DNA from: Mobula birostris
Taxonomy: Eukaryota
Direction: 5' to 3'
Assembly: GCF_030028105.1 (NCBI RefSeq)
Contig: NC_092379.1
Span: forward strand, 19,321,309 to 19,385,308
DNA length: 64,000 nucleotides
This document shows positions 22,963 to 36,344 of this stretch, piece by piece. Each line of letters opens with the position of its first letter. Position 1 is the first letter of the stretch. The notes beneath the pieces are model-generated. The model was not told the DNA's origin, ran no database searches, and was given only the letters and a program-made list of their open reading frames with translations. The translations under genes and the position numbers were made by a program.

Positions 22963-23779
22963 CGCCCTGAACACTGAGCCGGACTTGGACACTTTGAGAT
23001 CGGCGGCTTCAGCTCAGGCCGGCTTTGTCCGGAGTCGCAGTGAGCGCTGTTTAGATAGGGACGTGGGCTGTGAGTGAGAGAGGGAGCCGCGGTTTGAACA
23101 GGCTCTCACACACTGAAACCAGAGGCGCAGCTTCCTGTCCCCACCCACAGCAGCGATTTCAATTCCCCAAAAGATGTTTGTCTCTGCAACAGGCGGCAGG
23201 TCAGCGGCAGTGACCAGATCCGGATTAAAGATCGGTCACTCTCTGTTCGATTCATCAATTTCAGCGATGAACAGTTTGTTTAAACTGAAACACACAGAAT
23301 CCCAGCGAGAGAGAATGAGAGACACCAGTCAGTGGACAGATATCCCCCGGGAGACAGGGACTGAGAGACCAGTCAATGGACAGATATTCTCCTTAGAGAC
23401 ATAGGCTGAGACTGTCTTTGCAGGAAAATGTATGAAGCAACAAAAAGAGTTACCACACAATCTTCTCACTGCTCCCACACCACAAGAATCAATGCTAAAC
23501 AGCGATTCCTGGTGGAAATGGGTGGAATTTACACTTATAAGGTATTTTCTCTTTCAGGGACTTGGCACCATGAATTTCAGTGCCAAGCCCTCAGCAGTTC
23601 TCCCCACAAAATCTTTTTAACCTGTTTCAGTGTGATACTGGTTGAGGGATCAATGTCGGAACAGATAGTGGAGAACTTTCCAAACCTTTTATGTCCACCT
23701 GACACAACAACCCCACCATGGCACCAGTCAAAATAGTGAAGCTTCTTTTTACCCCCAAGAGGACCACAATCTTGTCAAA

Positions 23780-25790
23780 GAGTATCGTGGCTTGTGTGCC
23801 TCAGTGAACCAGAGATCTATGTTGGCTTACATCGGGGTCTTGTGCTTTAACTCTAGGTAGGGTCACCCATGCCAAACATGTTAAAGGATAGAGACTGAAC
23901 AAAGAACGGTTCACCGTTCCTCCAGGTTTGGAGTTTCAGGTCAGGGTTAGTGAACCTGACTTATTATAAAGAAAATTGTAATTGTTACGAGATGCTCCCA
24001 ACTGTGCCAGCTTCCAGGATTTAGACTCTCCAACTCTCTGGAGCACAGATAGCCGGTAGCAGCCCCTTTAAGGTTCAGGATGATCCCGCTAATTGATAAT
24101 CATGTTTTGGGCACCAAGAATTGAGTATGAAAGAACACCTGAACTGATGTTCAGTGCTCAATGGTAAACCCTACTAGTGATATTGTCTAGCATTCGTTTT
24201 GTGCTCAGACCTGGATCCAGTTTGATACCGTGTCTCGATCTTTGTTTCGGATACTCCAGCATTTGGGTCCAAAGCATCTTCATCAAAGACTCTTGTCGCA
24301 ATTACGGAAACAGCAATGAAGAATCCTTCTACATCTGAGTGTGATAGTGTTCCCTAGTCACCACCCGGGACTTGCATGGCTGACAGGAGTGAAAACAGAG
24401 AGGAAACTATGGGTATGGTGAAGGGAGCCATGAACTTTGCCAAGACCAAGACCAAAAATGTTTTTTGGAATTGTCAAACCATGTACAACACTGTCAAGCT
24501 AGCACAAATAACTACGGTAATGTGTCATTACAGCCAACGTACACTGGCATCAGTGAAAGCAGATGGTCAGGGTCTGGCAGACTAAAGGCAGCAGCTGGTG
24601 CAGCAGTTTTATATTCAGGAAGGGAAGATGGTCAACGTCATGATGGATTAGCTGTCATTTTGAAGAAAGGCATTGAGAAGTGCCCAGTGGAATGAAAACC
24701 AATCAACAGTCGGCTGGTGAGAGTCAGGCTGAGAGTGAAGCAAGTGAACATGACTGTGATCCAGTGTTATGCTCCAAATAACAATAGTGACATTGAAGAA
24801 TAGGATATCTTCTACAAATGGTGGAGTTAGAGTTAACACCACGCCGTGACATAATCATCATCATTGGAGATCTAAATGGCAAAGTGGGAAATAACAACTC
24901 ACACTTCATTAGGGCCATGGATACGCAAGGATATAGGATGATCAATAACAATGGTGTTAAGTCTGGTGGAATTCTGTGCCATGAACAATCTGGTCACAGG
25001 AGAGACCCTCTTTCCACACCATGAAATAAACAAACTGACATGGAGCTTACCCAATGGATGTGACAAGATCCAGATTGACCATTTGATGATAAATGGTATG
25101 TGGAGACGATCCTTGCAGGGTGTAAAGGTGAAGAGAGGAGCAGATACAGGAAGTAATCATCACCTTGCTGTAGCAGTGATGAAACTCATGCTGAGAAGCA
25201 CTGGGACCACAGCACATGTACAAAGATGTTTTGATGTTGAGAAACTTAAGAACATCAGTGTGAGATCTGCCGTCACCATTCAGCTTAAGGAGGGCTTTCA
25301 GACATTGGCGGGGATGTGTCAGTGGACAAGATCAACACGATGTAGAAACAGATTGCATCAGTGTTCAACAAGAGCAGCGAGGCTTGTCTACATTACAGCG
25401 CTGGAAAAAATAACAAAGCATGGATACAGCAGGAAACATGGACAGACTTAGAAGAAAGATGGAAAATTAGGAAGAAAATGTTCAATGCAAAGTCAACACG
25501 AATTAAGGTGAAACTTTAATTGGCATTCACTGAAGCTAGCAAGAAAGTGAAGAGCTTCTAAGAGTGGATAAGAGAGTCTACATAGAAGACCTTGCACTGG
25601 CGGCCACAAGAGCGCCAGTCGATGTGATCAGGAAAATATATACAAGATTTCAAAACTGGTATGTGGAATGTTCCAAGCCAGATCCAGTAGCCCCATGAGA
25701 GGCAAGAAGGGTCTGCTTTTGACAAGAGAATGGAGCACGATGGACAGGGTATTTCAGAAATTTACTGAGTAGACGCAGAGGACCTCTGGA
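23780..25790 (+). mobile_element. Degenerate RTE-clade LINE (5' region and endonuclease)
   Basis: Fragments HDGLAVILKKG, IIIIGDLNGKVG and HEINKLTWSLPNG.DKIQIDHLMING.WRRSLQGVKVKRGADTGSNHHL are RTE APE motifs. Confidence 0.85.
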
Positions 25791-26404
25791 AGGCCCCCTG
25801 TTCAGATTAAGTCAAGCCACATCTCCGACAGGAAGCTGAGAAGGAAATATCCCAATATCACTGTCCAGTTTCACCCACCTGTCAAGAATGAGAATATGAA
25901 ATGTGTTTCTAGTAAATCAACAGCTGCACACAGAGATCCTGTTCAAATTTATCCCGTGCACTGAGTGTCAGAAGGAGGTTGTTCAGCCCTTCCGTCTATT
26001 CCCTCCAAAGCTGACCTATGTCCGATCTCCATTTACCCTCCTTGGCTCATATTTTAATAATTGAACTCAAACAAAATTCTATTAATTTTGAAATTTCAAC
26101 TGACACCTCCTCCCACCGCCCCTCACCCCAGTCTTGACCAGTTCCCAGGAAGAGATCCAGATTTCCAGTGCCCTGTATATCCTGAAGTAACAGATTCTTT
26201 GTGTTATTCTTCTGCACCATTCTTGAAAGTTTTTAAACTCCCCAATTACACTGGCCTTCAATTTTCCACACTTCGGGGAACAAGAGACCAGACCTAATAT
26301 TCTATCCTAGTCCCACTAGCACTTCACTGGCCCTGGTCCACACAACCCCTTCTCCAAGGGGTGATGCCAAGAATCACAGCCAGTGCTTCAGATGTGGTCT
26401 AATT

Positions 26405-27630
26405 AGAACATAGAATACAGCACATTACAGGCCCTTCAGCCCACAATGTTGTGCCAACCCTTAAACCCTGCCTCCTATATAGCCCCCCACCTTAAATTCC
26501 ACCACGCACCTGTCTAGTAGTCTCTTAAACTTCACGAATGTGCCTGCTTCCACCACTGACTCAGGCAGTGCATTCCATGCACCAACCACTCTCTGAGTAA
26601 AAAGCCTTCCCCCTTGAACTTCTCACCCCTTACCTTAAAGCCATGTCCTCTTGTATTGAGCAGTGGTGCCCTGGGGAAGAGGCGCTGGCTATCCACTCTA
26701 TCTATTCCTCTTATTATCTTGTACACCTCTATCATGTCTCCTCTCATCCTCCTTCTCTCCGAAGAGTAAAGCCCTAGCTCCCTTAATCTCTGATCATATT
26801 GCATACTCTGTAAACCAGGCAGAATCCTGGTAAATCTCCTCTGTACCCTTTCCAATGCTCCCACATCCTTCCTATAGTGAGGTGACCAGAACTCCAATTG
26901 TGGCCTAACCAGAGTTTTATAGAGCTGCATCATTACATCGCGACTCTTAAACTCTATCCCTCGACTTATGAAAGCTAACATCCTATAAGCTTTCTTAACA
27001 ACCCTATCTACCTGTGAGGCGACTTTCAGGGATCTGTGGACATGTACCCCCAGATCCCTCTGCTCCTCCACACTACCAAGTATCCTGCCATTTACTTTGT
27101 ACTCTGCCTTGGAGTTCGTCCTTCCAAAGTATACCACCTCACACTTCCCCGGGTTGAACTCCATCTGCCACTTCTCAGCCCACTTCTGCATCCTATCAAT
27201 GTCTGTCTGCAATCTTTGACAACCCTCTACACTATCTACAACACCACCAACCTTTCTGTCATTTGCAAACTTGCCAACCCACCCCTCCACCCCCACATCC
27301 AGGTCGTTAATAAAAACCACGAAAAGTAGAGGTCCCAGAGCAGATCCTTGTCGGACACCACTAGTCACAATCCTCCAATCTGAATGTACTCCCTCCACCA
27401 CAACCCTCTGCCTTCTGCAGGCAAGCCAATTCTGAATCCACCTGGCCAAACTTCCCTGGATCCCATGCCTTCTGACTTCCTGTACAAGCCTACCATGTGG
27501 AACCTTATCAAATGCCTTCCTAAAATCCATATAGATCACATCCCCTGCATTACCCTCATGTATATGCCTGGTCACCTCCCCAAAGAACTCCATCAGGACT
27601 GTTGGACATGATCTGCCCTTCACAAAGCCA
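26405..27630 (-). mobile_element. 5'-truncated CR1 LINE, RT domain largely open
   Basis: ORF 26532-27623 (YMDFRKAFDKVPHGRL..QGSALGPLLF..KFANDRKVGG..RRMRGDMIEVYKI), with 3' tail to about 26405. Confidence 0.92.
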
Positions 27631-28569
27631 TGAAATCTCTACTCCACAGTAGTGTAATTTCCACCCCTCTGTATCCCTGTTTTCCCCATTAACTGCAGCA
27701 CATTAAGACCTTTAGCTTAAATTCATCCTTAGGATTAATTAGAACCCAAACCTGCCAGTGGTCTCTCATCTTTCACATTCCCTCTCTGTCCGCTGGGATT
27801 GGTCATTCCCTTATGGAATCTGAGTCAGTCAGCTGACACAGCAGAAACAAGACCTGTCCAAACAACAACCTCTGTGACTGTGGGCAGTTTACCTCCTTAT
27901 GTTTCTCACCACCCCTGAGTATTTTCATACGTACCTGCCTCGACCTAAAGAGAGTGGGAGAAGGACATGGTGAAGGAAAGGAAACTCAATAGATTTTGTT
28001 TCTCTCCCGTGACTCTGGTAATACACAGAGTTAAATGAAACGTACAGCACAGCAGCAGATTCAGACCAATTATTTCATGCCATTGTTTATTTTCTGCAGG
28101 AACCTCCAGTCACTCCATCTTTGTGCATCTGGGTTAACTTCCTCTTCTGTTCCCTTTCACAACATTCACTTCTGTGGGAGAGATCTATATTCTCCCATCC
28201 TCTGGATGAATAATCCAAGTTGGATGATTAGTGATTATTTACAATAGTTTTAATCCCCCTGAAGACTTTCTCCTCCAACCTATCAGGTATTTTTCTCATC
28301 TGTGAGGTGGAAATATGCTTTACCCTTCAACCTTCTCATGACCCGCCTTTCCAGGGTGTATATGAGCATCTAAACCTCTCACATATTACTAATGAGTCCA
28401 ACAATGTCCCCCTTTTTTCACAGGAAAGAGCCCAAAAGTCAAATCCAGTACATTCCAGCATCAAGGAGGCAGTGTCCCTGCTGGGAGAATTCCATGGGAC
28501 TGGGTAAGAGGAGAGTACAGATTGCTTTTTGTCCAAGTTGAAGCACAGGTTTTCATGCCTGCATTAATC

Positions 28570-29100
28570 TGGGTGAAAATTCATGAACCCTCAGTTCTGG
28601 TTGCTCCATTGTAAGGATGTGGTGGATTTGGAGAGGATGTAAAAGATGTTCACAAGCATGTTGTCTGGATTAGAGAATATTAGCTGTAAGGAGAGGTTGA
28701 ACAATCTTTGACTGTTTATTCTGGAGCGTAGGCTGAGAGGCAACCTGATAGAGGCTTATAAAAGTATGAGAGTTATTGACAGGGTCGACAGTCAGAGTCA
28801 TTTTTCCAGGTTAAAATGTCATTTCCAAAAGGACAGAGATTTAAGGTGAGGGGTATAACATTCAAAGGAGATTTGTGGGTTGTATTTTTACACACAGAGT
28901 GATAGGTGCCTGGAATGCACTGGCAGGAGTGGGGTGAATCAGCATGATAGGACAGTTGAGATACATTTGAAAAAGCACATGACCATTCAGGATATGGAGG
29001 GATATGGATTCTATGCAGATAGTTCGGTTTAGATTAATTTGGCGTTGTGGTTGTCACAGTCATCATGGGCTGAAGGGCCTGTTCCTGTGCTCTGCTGTTC
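28570..29100 (+). mobile_element. CR1 3' fragment
   Basis: ggctgagaggcaacctgatagaggcttataaaag... and tail gggctgaagggcctgttcctgtgctc. Confidence 0.75.
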
Positions 29101-31019
29101 TGTGTTGTAGGTTTACTTGAAGCTCAGTAACATTTGTGATTAATAGCTGACAGATGTCTGAAACCCTGTGATAACATTAACACTCAGTCCTTACACTTCC
29201 TCTCAGGTTTCACAGGCAGGTTTAATTTGAGCAGGGGGCCCTCCCAGTGGAGCTGTGTTACTAAAAAGAATAAACACACTGCTTTACATATGGAAATACA
29301 ATTCTAACGTTGTGCTTTGCACCAGCCTACGTTTATCACACAGAATGAGACAAAATGAATCGAAACCGAAGGGCAAAATATGCAGAGACAGCAAGACCCT
29401 CTCTTCATTACAGAGCATTTGTCTCGTGTCAGAAACAGGCTCACTGTAATGATGATTGACTGTTACTGATTGATTTATTGATTATGTTATGGGAATGAGC
29501 AGTTCAAATGTAGGTATACCTGCACTTTATGTTCTGAAGCAGTTGGGAAACTCCCACCAACAACTGAAAGTGTGTTTGCTCAGACTGAGCACAGAAGCTC
29601 ATCCTGATGACTGTAGTTCAGGTGATCAGATGATTGTGAATTGGCAGCAATAAAGTGGAAAATAAGGAGAAACTAAAAGATGCCACGGACTGCCTTGTCA
29701 ATGTTCCATCGATGGGCAGAATCTCGGTGTGACATGCTGGAGCTCACGTTTGTTGATGAGAATGAAGGCTGCCCGGTGAATCAACTTTAGACTGAAACAG
29801 CAACACAGACAACAATCTCCGTGGGAGCTGGGGGGGTGGGGGCGATGTTATCAGTGGCCTGGAAACTCTCAGGCCCTGAAGATCAGGGATAATCAACTTG
29901 CGTATTCAGAGAGAATCGATAATCTGTCATTGCAACATTGTCAGATAATGAGGTCTGCAATTATAGGTATCTATTAAACCTTTCTTTCTGTCATCTGGAC
30001 AATAAAATGTGTAGTTTTATTCCTATAAGAGCCTTGGGCCAGTAGATTGCTATTTGATTTTTGTGATTACCTTGAATAAAATAACATCACCTGAATTGGA
30101 TTTGTGTCTCTTTAAACTCTGATTGATAGATCTCACAATACCTGCAAATAACTGTCCTGAGGAGGGTAGTGTGATGGTACTACCTTATTATTTGGGGAAT
30201 TTTGACCTTTCAGGTGTTGGATTGGACTGTATAATTGTTATTTGGCTTGTAGTTTAACTTTCTTATGTTTGTTTGTTTTTAAATAATTACCTACATAGAT
30301 GTAACAGTGGGTTGCCATTCCATGCATCTCCTGGAAACTCCCAATTTCAGTGGCAGGTATCACATTGCTTGAATAGGGACTATCTCACTGATTAATTTAA
30401 GCAGTGGGATTTGAATGGAATGTCCGCTACCAGTTTTCAACAGTTATAAGCAATGGGTTTTAATGCCCCTTCTTGACCTCTGAAGAACTCTTCATCAGGA
30501 CATCAGGACCCAACACAAGTTTAAGTTTTGATCAACAAATCCATCAGACAGGCTGGGGAATCCAGCATTTGGGGTGGCATGGTAGTGGTGAAGTATGTAA
30601 AAGGTTAACACCGTCAGTTAAGCATAGCAGGCTGTTTTCTCTGAAAGAACCGTTGATGATCGACAGATGTGCCATTCAATGCTGATCAATATTTCTTCTC
30701 GAAGTTAGCCAGCTGGTGTTTCAGGGTCCTTGTCCTTGTGCAATTATGTGCAGAGATAAGACCAGCCTGTTCTGTGTATGAGACCTTATGCCTATTCTGT
30801 AATTTGTCTTTCGGGAATGTCATGTAGTAGATAAGTTTGGCTCCAGCCTGTCTTGTGTGGGGGTATCTGAATGAATATACTCATGTTGTAAGGGGAATTG
30901 TGAGTTAGTTGGTGGACTGTTCCTGTTTGGGCGACTAACTGAGTAAGCCCTGGGTGCTTTGAATAAAGAATTTGTACTTATACTGTCTCTGAGTGACTTT
31001 ATGCAGATTCCACTTCCAC

Positions 31020-31305
31020 AGTAGTGTAGTGGTTAGCAGAATGCTTTCCAGTGCAGGTGACCTGGGGTTCAATTCCTGTCACTGCCTGTAAGGAATTTGT
31101 AATTTCTCCCCGAGAATGTGTGGGTTTCCACCGGGTACTCCAGTTTCCTCTCACAGTCCAAAGACAAACCGGTTGGTACTTTAATTAGTCATTGTAAATT
31201 GTCCTGTGATTAGACTAGGATTAAATCAGGATTCCTGGGCAGTGTGGCTCGAAGGGCCAGAAGGGCCTATTCCATGCTTTATGTCAGTAAATAAATGAAT
31301 TAAAT
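31020..31305 (+). mobile_element. tRNA-derived V-SINE-like element with CR1-type tail
   Basis: A-box gtagtgtagtggttagc, B-box ggggttcaattcc, V-domain-like gggtttccaccgggtactccagtttcctctcacagtccaaagac, tail gaagggccagaagggcctattcc...aataaa. Confidence 0.75.
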
Positions 31306-31949
31306 AATTTACATGGACTTTACTGACCTTTTGTCAGGAATTCATTCTGAAATGATTCGTGAGTTTCCTCTCACTCTCCTCCATATGGGAGTCCACTCTA
31401 CTGTCAATTACTCTATCTGAGGAGCTTCCTTAACGAAGTCCACAGATTCATTCTAATGAATTTAAACCTGCAGTACTGTCTTTCTCTTCCTCTTTAATTT
31501 AAATCTATCTTATGGATGTCATTTCCATTCCCTTCACTCCTCCATCTCTCTATGTCTGATGTCTCATTGAGCCAGGAAATTGTGGTGCAAACCATTTCAG
31601 CACATCATCCCGTTGGACTGAGGCATTGCTTCCAGATTCCTCCTCTGACCAGACATTTCCTTACCTGCCATTCCCTCTCCTTCTATGATCTGACATCTGA
31701 TTTATGCCCTGATGGGTCATCCCACACAGCAGTATCCAAAGAGGTGTACTTGTTGCTGAGGAGAATGGCTACAGCGGAACCTTGCAATGACTGCTGAATC
31801 CCCTTACCTCTTCTGTTGGTCACCCATCTACTGTGTGAAGCCCATACTCTGGGTGTGACCACCTCTTCAATAGTCTCATCTATAATGTCTTCAGCCTCCT
31901 GGATGATCCTGAGTACATCCAACTCCAGCTCCAGTGGAGTATTACACTG

Positions 31950-34680
31950 GGGTAAAGGAAATTACAGAGTCATGAGAGAGGAGTTAGCCAACGTTGAATG
32001 GAAGGGGACACTAACAGAGATGATGGCAGAGGAGCAATGACAAGTATTCTGGAGGCAGGATGACATTCCATGGCTGACAAGGGAAGTCAAAGACAAAGTA
32101 TAAACAAAAGAAAGGGCCTATAATAGAGCAACAACTAGTGGGGAGTTAGAGGATTGGGATGCTTTTCAAAACCAACAGAAGGCAACTAAAAAAGCTGTAG
32201 GGAGAGAAGAGATGAAATATGAAGGTCAGCTCGCCAATAATATCAAAGGGGATACCAAAAGGTTTTTCAGATATATGAAGTGCAAAAGTGAGGCGAGAGT
32301 AGATATCGGACTGCTGGAAAATAACACTGGAGAGGTAGTAATGGGGGAACAAGGAAATGGTGGATGAATTGAATAGATATTTTCCATCAGTCTTCACTGT
32401 GGAACACGCTCACAGTTTGCCGGAGGTTTGAGAGTGTCATGGGGCATAAGGGAGAAGGTGCTTGGGAAGCTGAAAGGTCTGAAGGTAAATCAGCCACCTG
32501 GACTAGATGGACTACACCCTAGATTTCTGAAAGAGGCAGCTGAAGAGATTGTGGAGATATTAAGAATAAGTTTTCGAGAATCACTAGATTCTGACATGGT
32601 TCTAGAGGACTGGAAAGTTGAAAATGTCATTCCACTCTTCAACAAGGGAAAGAGGCAGAAGAAAGCATATTATAGATCAGTTAGCCTGACCTGAGTGACT
32701 GGGAAGCTGTTGGAGATGATTGTTGAGAATGAAGTTTCAGGGTCCTTGGAGTCACATGAGAATTAAACGGGAGGAGCAGATGGCAGCCCAGCGCAGCGCG
32801 CGCAGCTGTCTGGTGAAATGATATCGTATTTGTAAGTAGGATGCCGTGCACAATCCTGATTTGATGGAGACAGACGTTGGAAGGCACAGAGGAACATATG
32901 GAGAAATTTCTGAAATGCTCGGTTCGCTGCCGCTGCTACTGTGCGATCGAGAATCTCTGGAGGGAAGGCCCCAAAATCCCGGCTTTGCCTGCTGCTGGCG
33001 ACCGTGGCTGGGGTCGAAGCGTTCGGCAGAGGTGGTGCTCGGTACTCGGTGTTGGAGGGCTGATCGGAGCTCGAAGTTTTCGGATGACTCAGCGTTGGAC
33101 TGTGGTCAGGCATGGCAGGGAGAGTTTTCTTCCTTTTCCCATCTGTGTGAGATGTGGGACTTTCGAGAGACTTTGAACTTTTTTACTGTGGCATGGCCTG
33201 TTCTTCATCAAGTTATGGTCTTGTTGCACTGTTGTAACTATATGTTAAAATTATGTGGTTTTTGTTAGTTTTTCAGTCTTGGTCTGTCCTGTGTTTCTGT
33301 GATATCACACCGGAGGAATATTGTATCATTTCTTAATGCATGCATTACTAAATGACAATAAAAGAGGATTGCGTGTCCTCATGATCTAATCTAATCTAAA
33401 TGGCCAAGTCAACATGGTTTCCTTCAGGGGAAATCTTGTCTGACAAACCCATTGGAATTCTTTGAGGAAATAACAAGCAGGATAGACGAAGGAGAGCTGG
33501 TGGATATTATGTGCTTGGATTTTTAAAAAGCCTTTGACAAGATGCCACACATGAGGATGCTTAACAAGATAAGAGCCCATGTTATTACAGGAAAGATACT
33601 AGCATGGATAGAGCATTGGCTGAATGGCAGGAGGGAAAGAGCAGGAATAAAGGGAACCTTTTCTGATTGGCTGCCGGTGACTAATGGTGTTCCACAGGGG
33701 TCAGTATTGGGACCGCTTCTTTTTACATTTGGATGACAGAATTGATGGCTTTTTGGTCAAGTTTGCGGACAATATGAAGAAAGGTGAAGGGGCAGGTGTT
33801 GTTGAGGAAGCAGGTAGGCTGCAGAAGGACTTAGATTAGTGAATGGACAAACAAATGTCAGATGGAATATACTGTTGGGAAGTGTATAGTCATGCACCTT
33901 GGTAGAAGGAATAAAAGCGTAAACTATTTTTAAACGGGGAGAATACCCAAAAATCCAAGATGCAAAGGGACTTAGGAGTTCTCGTGCAGAATTCCCTGAA
34001 GTTTAAATTGTAGCTCAGTGGTGAGGAAAACAAATGCAATGTTACCATTCATTTCAGAGGACTAGAATATAAAAACAAGGATGTAATTCTGGGTTTTTAT
34101 AAGGCATTGGTGTAGTCTCACTCGGAGAGTTGAGAGCAGCTTTGGGCCCCTTATCTAAGTAAGGATGTGTTGACATTGGGCAGAGTTCAAAGGAGGTTCA
34201 TGAAAATGACTCTGGGATTGAAAGGCTAATCATATTTGGAGCATTTGATCGCTCTGGGCCTGTACTTGCTGGAATTTAGAAGAATGAGGGGGATCTCATT
34301 GAAACCTATCAAATGTTGAAAGGCCTAGATAAGAATGCATGTGCAGAGAATGTTCCCCACGGTGGGGGAGTCTAGGACCAAAGGGCACAACTTCAGAATA
34401 GAGGGACGCCCTTTTAAAACAGAGATGAGGAACAATTTGTTTAGCCTAAGGGTGGTGAATCTGTAGAATTAGTTTTCACATGCAGTTATGGAGGCCAGGT
34501 CACTGAGTGTATTTAAAATGGTGGTTGATAAATTCTTGATAAGTCAGGGTGTAAAAGATTATGGGGAGAAGGTAAGAGAATGGGGTTGAGAGGGAAATGG
34601 ATCAGCCATGATCAAGTAGCGGAACAGACCCAATCAGCTGAATGGCCAAGTTCTGCTCCAATATCTTATGGTCTATATGG
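31950..34680 (+). mobile_element. Degenerate CR1 LINE interrupted at about 32760-33395
   Basis: LGKLKGLKVNQPPGLDGLHPRFLKE (32428-32694), KAFDKMPHMRMLNK..GVPQGSVLGPLLF (about 33530-33730) and 3' tail to 34680. Confidence 0.85.
32760..33395 (+). repeat. Non-coding interspersed element ('family B') inserted in CR1
   Basis: Clearly homologous to 46086-46572; ends aatgacaataaaagaggattgcgtgtcctcatgatctaatctaatctaa. Confidence 0.8.
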
Positions 34681-36344
34681 TCACTGAAAGTGGAGTCACA
34701 TGTAGACAGGGTGGTGAAGAAGACTGTTGGTATTGTGTGTAAAAATTGGGAGTACATGGTGGGATTGTACAAGGTGCTGGTGAGATTGCATATGGGGTAT
34801 TGTGTTCAGTTTTTATTCGTCCTGCTGGTGAAAAGATGTTATTAATCTGGAAAGAGTGCAGAAAAGATTTACAGGGATGTTGCCATGACTGAGTTAAAGG
34901 GAGAAGCTGTCTAAACTAAGACTTTCCTTGGGGTGAATATACAGATTGCAGAACATATAATTTATTTACAGTTACTGAGGGGAGTCAAAATAACAGTGAG
35001 ATGGATGTCTTTCTGCTACTGTACTTGATTATTAAATCTCTAGCAACCTCCAGCTTAGATCTGGTGAAAAGCTCTGGCTTGCAGGAGACCGAGTGGAGAT
35101 TTTGTAGAGATGCAAAAAATGAAGAGGGAAATGGATAGGAAAAGTTCCCACAAAATGCTGTCAATGTGACGAGCTTGGATGGGCATCTTGGTCAGCATGG
35201 ACGAGTTGGGCCGAAGGGCCTGTTTGCCTGATCCTTGACTCTCTGACTCTCCAAATGCAAGTGCAATTTACCGTGGGCAATTAACCTACCAACAATCCTG
35301 TAGGATGTGGAAGAAAGACATATTTCAATGTGACATATTCATCTGAAAAGCTCCGGCAGACTCAGGAACTCCCGATGGTCTGGAATCCTCCTGTGCACTG
35401 TTTTACCCACATCCTCCACCCTCTCAGTCTGACTGATACACTGACACCCAGTGGCTGTTGGTTGGTATTACAACAATCAGTTTGTTGTAATATTTGGAGG
35501 TGTTCCTCTGACCCCAGTGGTTACAGTTTATCACTGCAAGGTAACAAATGCTTCCCGTCAAATTGTCTTCAATCCAGACACAAGAGTCTGTAAATGCTGG
35601 GATCTGGAGCTGCACACAATCTACTGGAGGAACTCAGCGGGTTGAGCAGCATCGGTGGACAGAAGCTGTGGAATCCCTGAATGAGGACAGTCCATGAGCA
35701 TCTGGGTAACAACAGACAGAATGAAATTACCTAAGTAAAGAAAACCTGCTGATGTTGAAAATCAGAAGGAAAAACTCTTGGAAGCACTGGACAGGCAATA
35801 TAGATTGTACATCAGTGGTGGCGGGAAAGAAATGGAGTGTTGGTGATTAGACTATATACATCTCCAAATATGCCAACTTATGTATGTCAGTCAATGATCA
35901 TCAAAACAACTGTAAAATAGCAAAAGCAGAGTCCAATGAACAAGAGCTCAAATCAAGCTCTATTGAAGATACTGTATAAATGCAAATTATTGCAAGGTAA
36001 TGATATATTAACAGAAAAAGCCAGCGAGGGAAAGCAGGGATTGTATAAAATGTCCCATCAGTGAGAAACTGATGAAAGAAAACCCTCTCCTTTCCCTGTC
36101 TGTCACTTTCAATGTGACAAATTCATCTGAAGAGCTCCTGTAGTCTCAGACCCTTCTGGCACAATGGAATCCTCCTGTGCATTGTTTCACCCACACCGTC
36201 CAGCAGTGTCTCTGTGCCTGACTGTTACACTGACACTCAAGAGACTATTACTGCAGCCAGTTTAACTGAAGGCTCAGGATCTGGAGGTGGTCCTCTGACC
36301 CCTAGTGGGTGTAGTTAGTATTGCAGGGTAACAAATTGTTTGAA

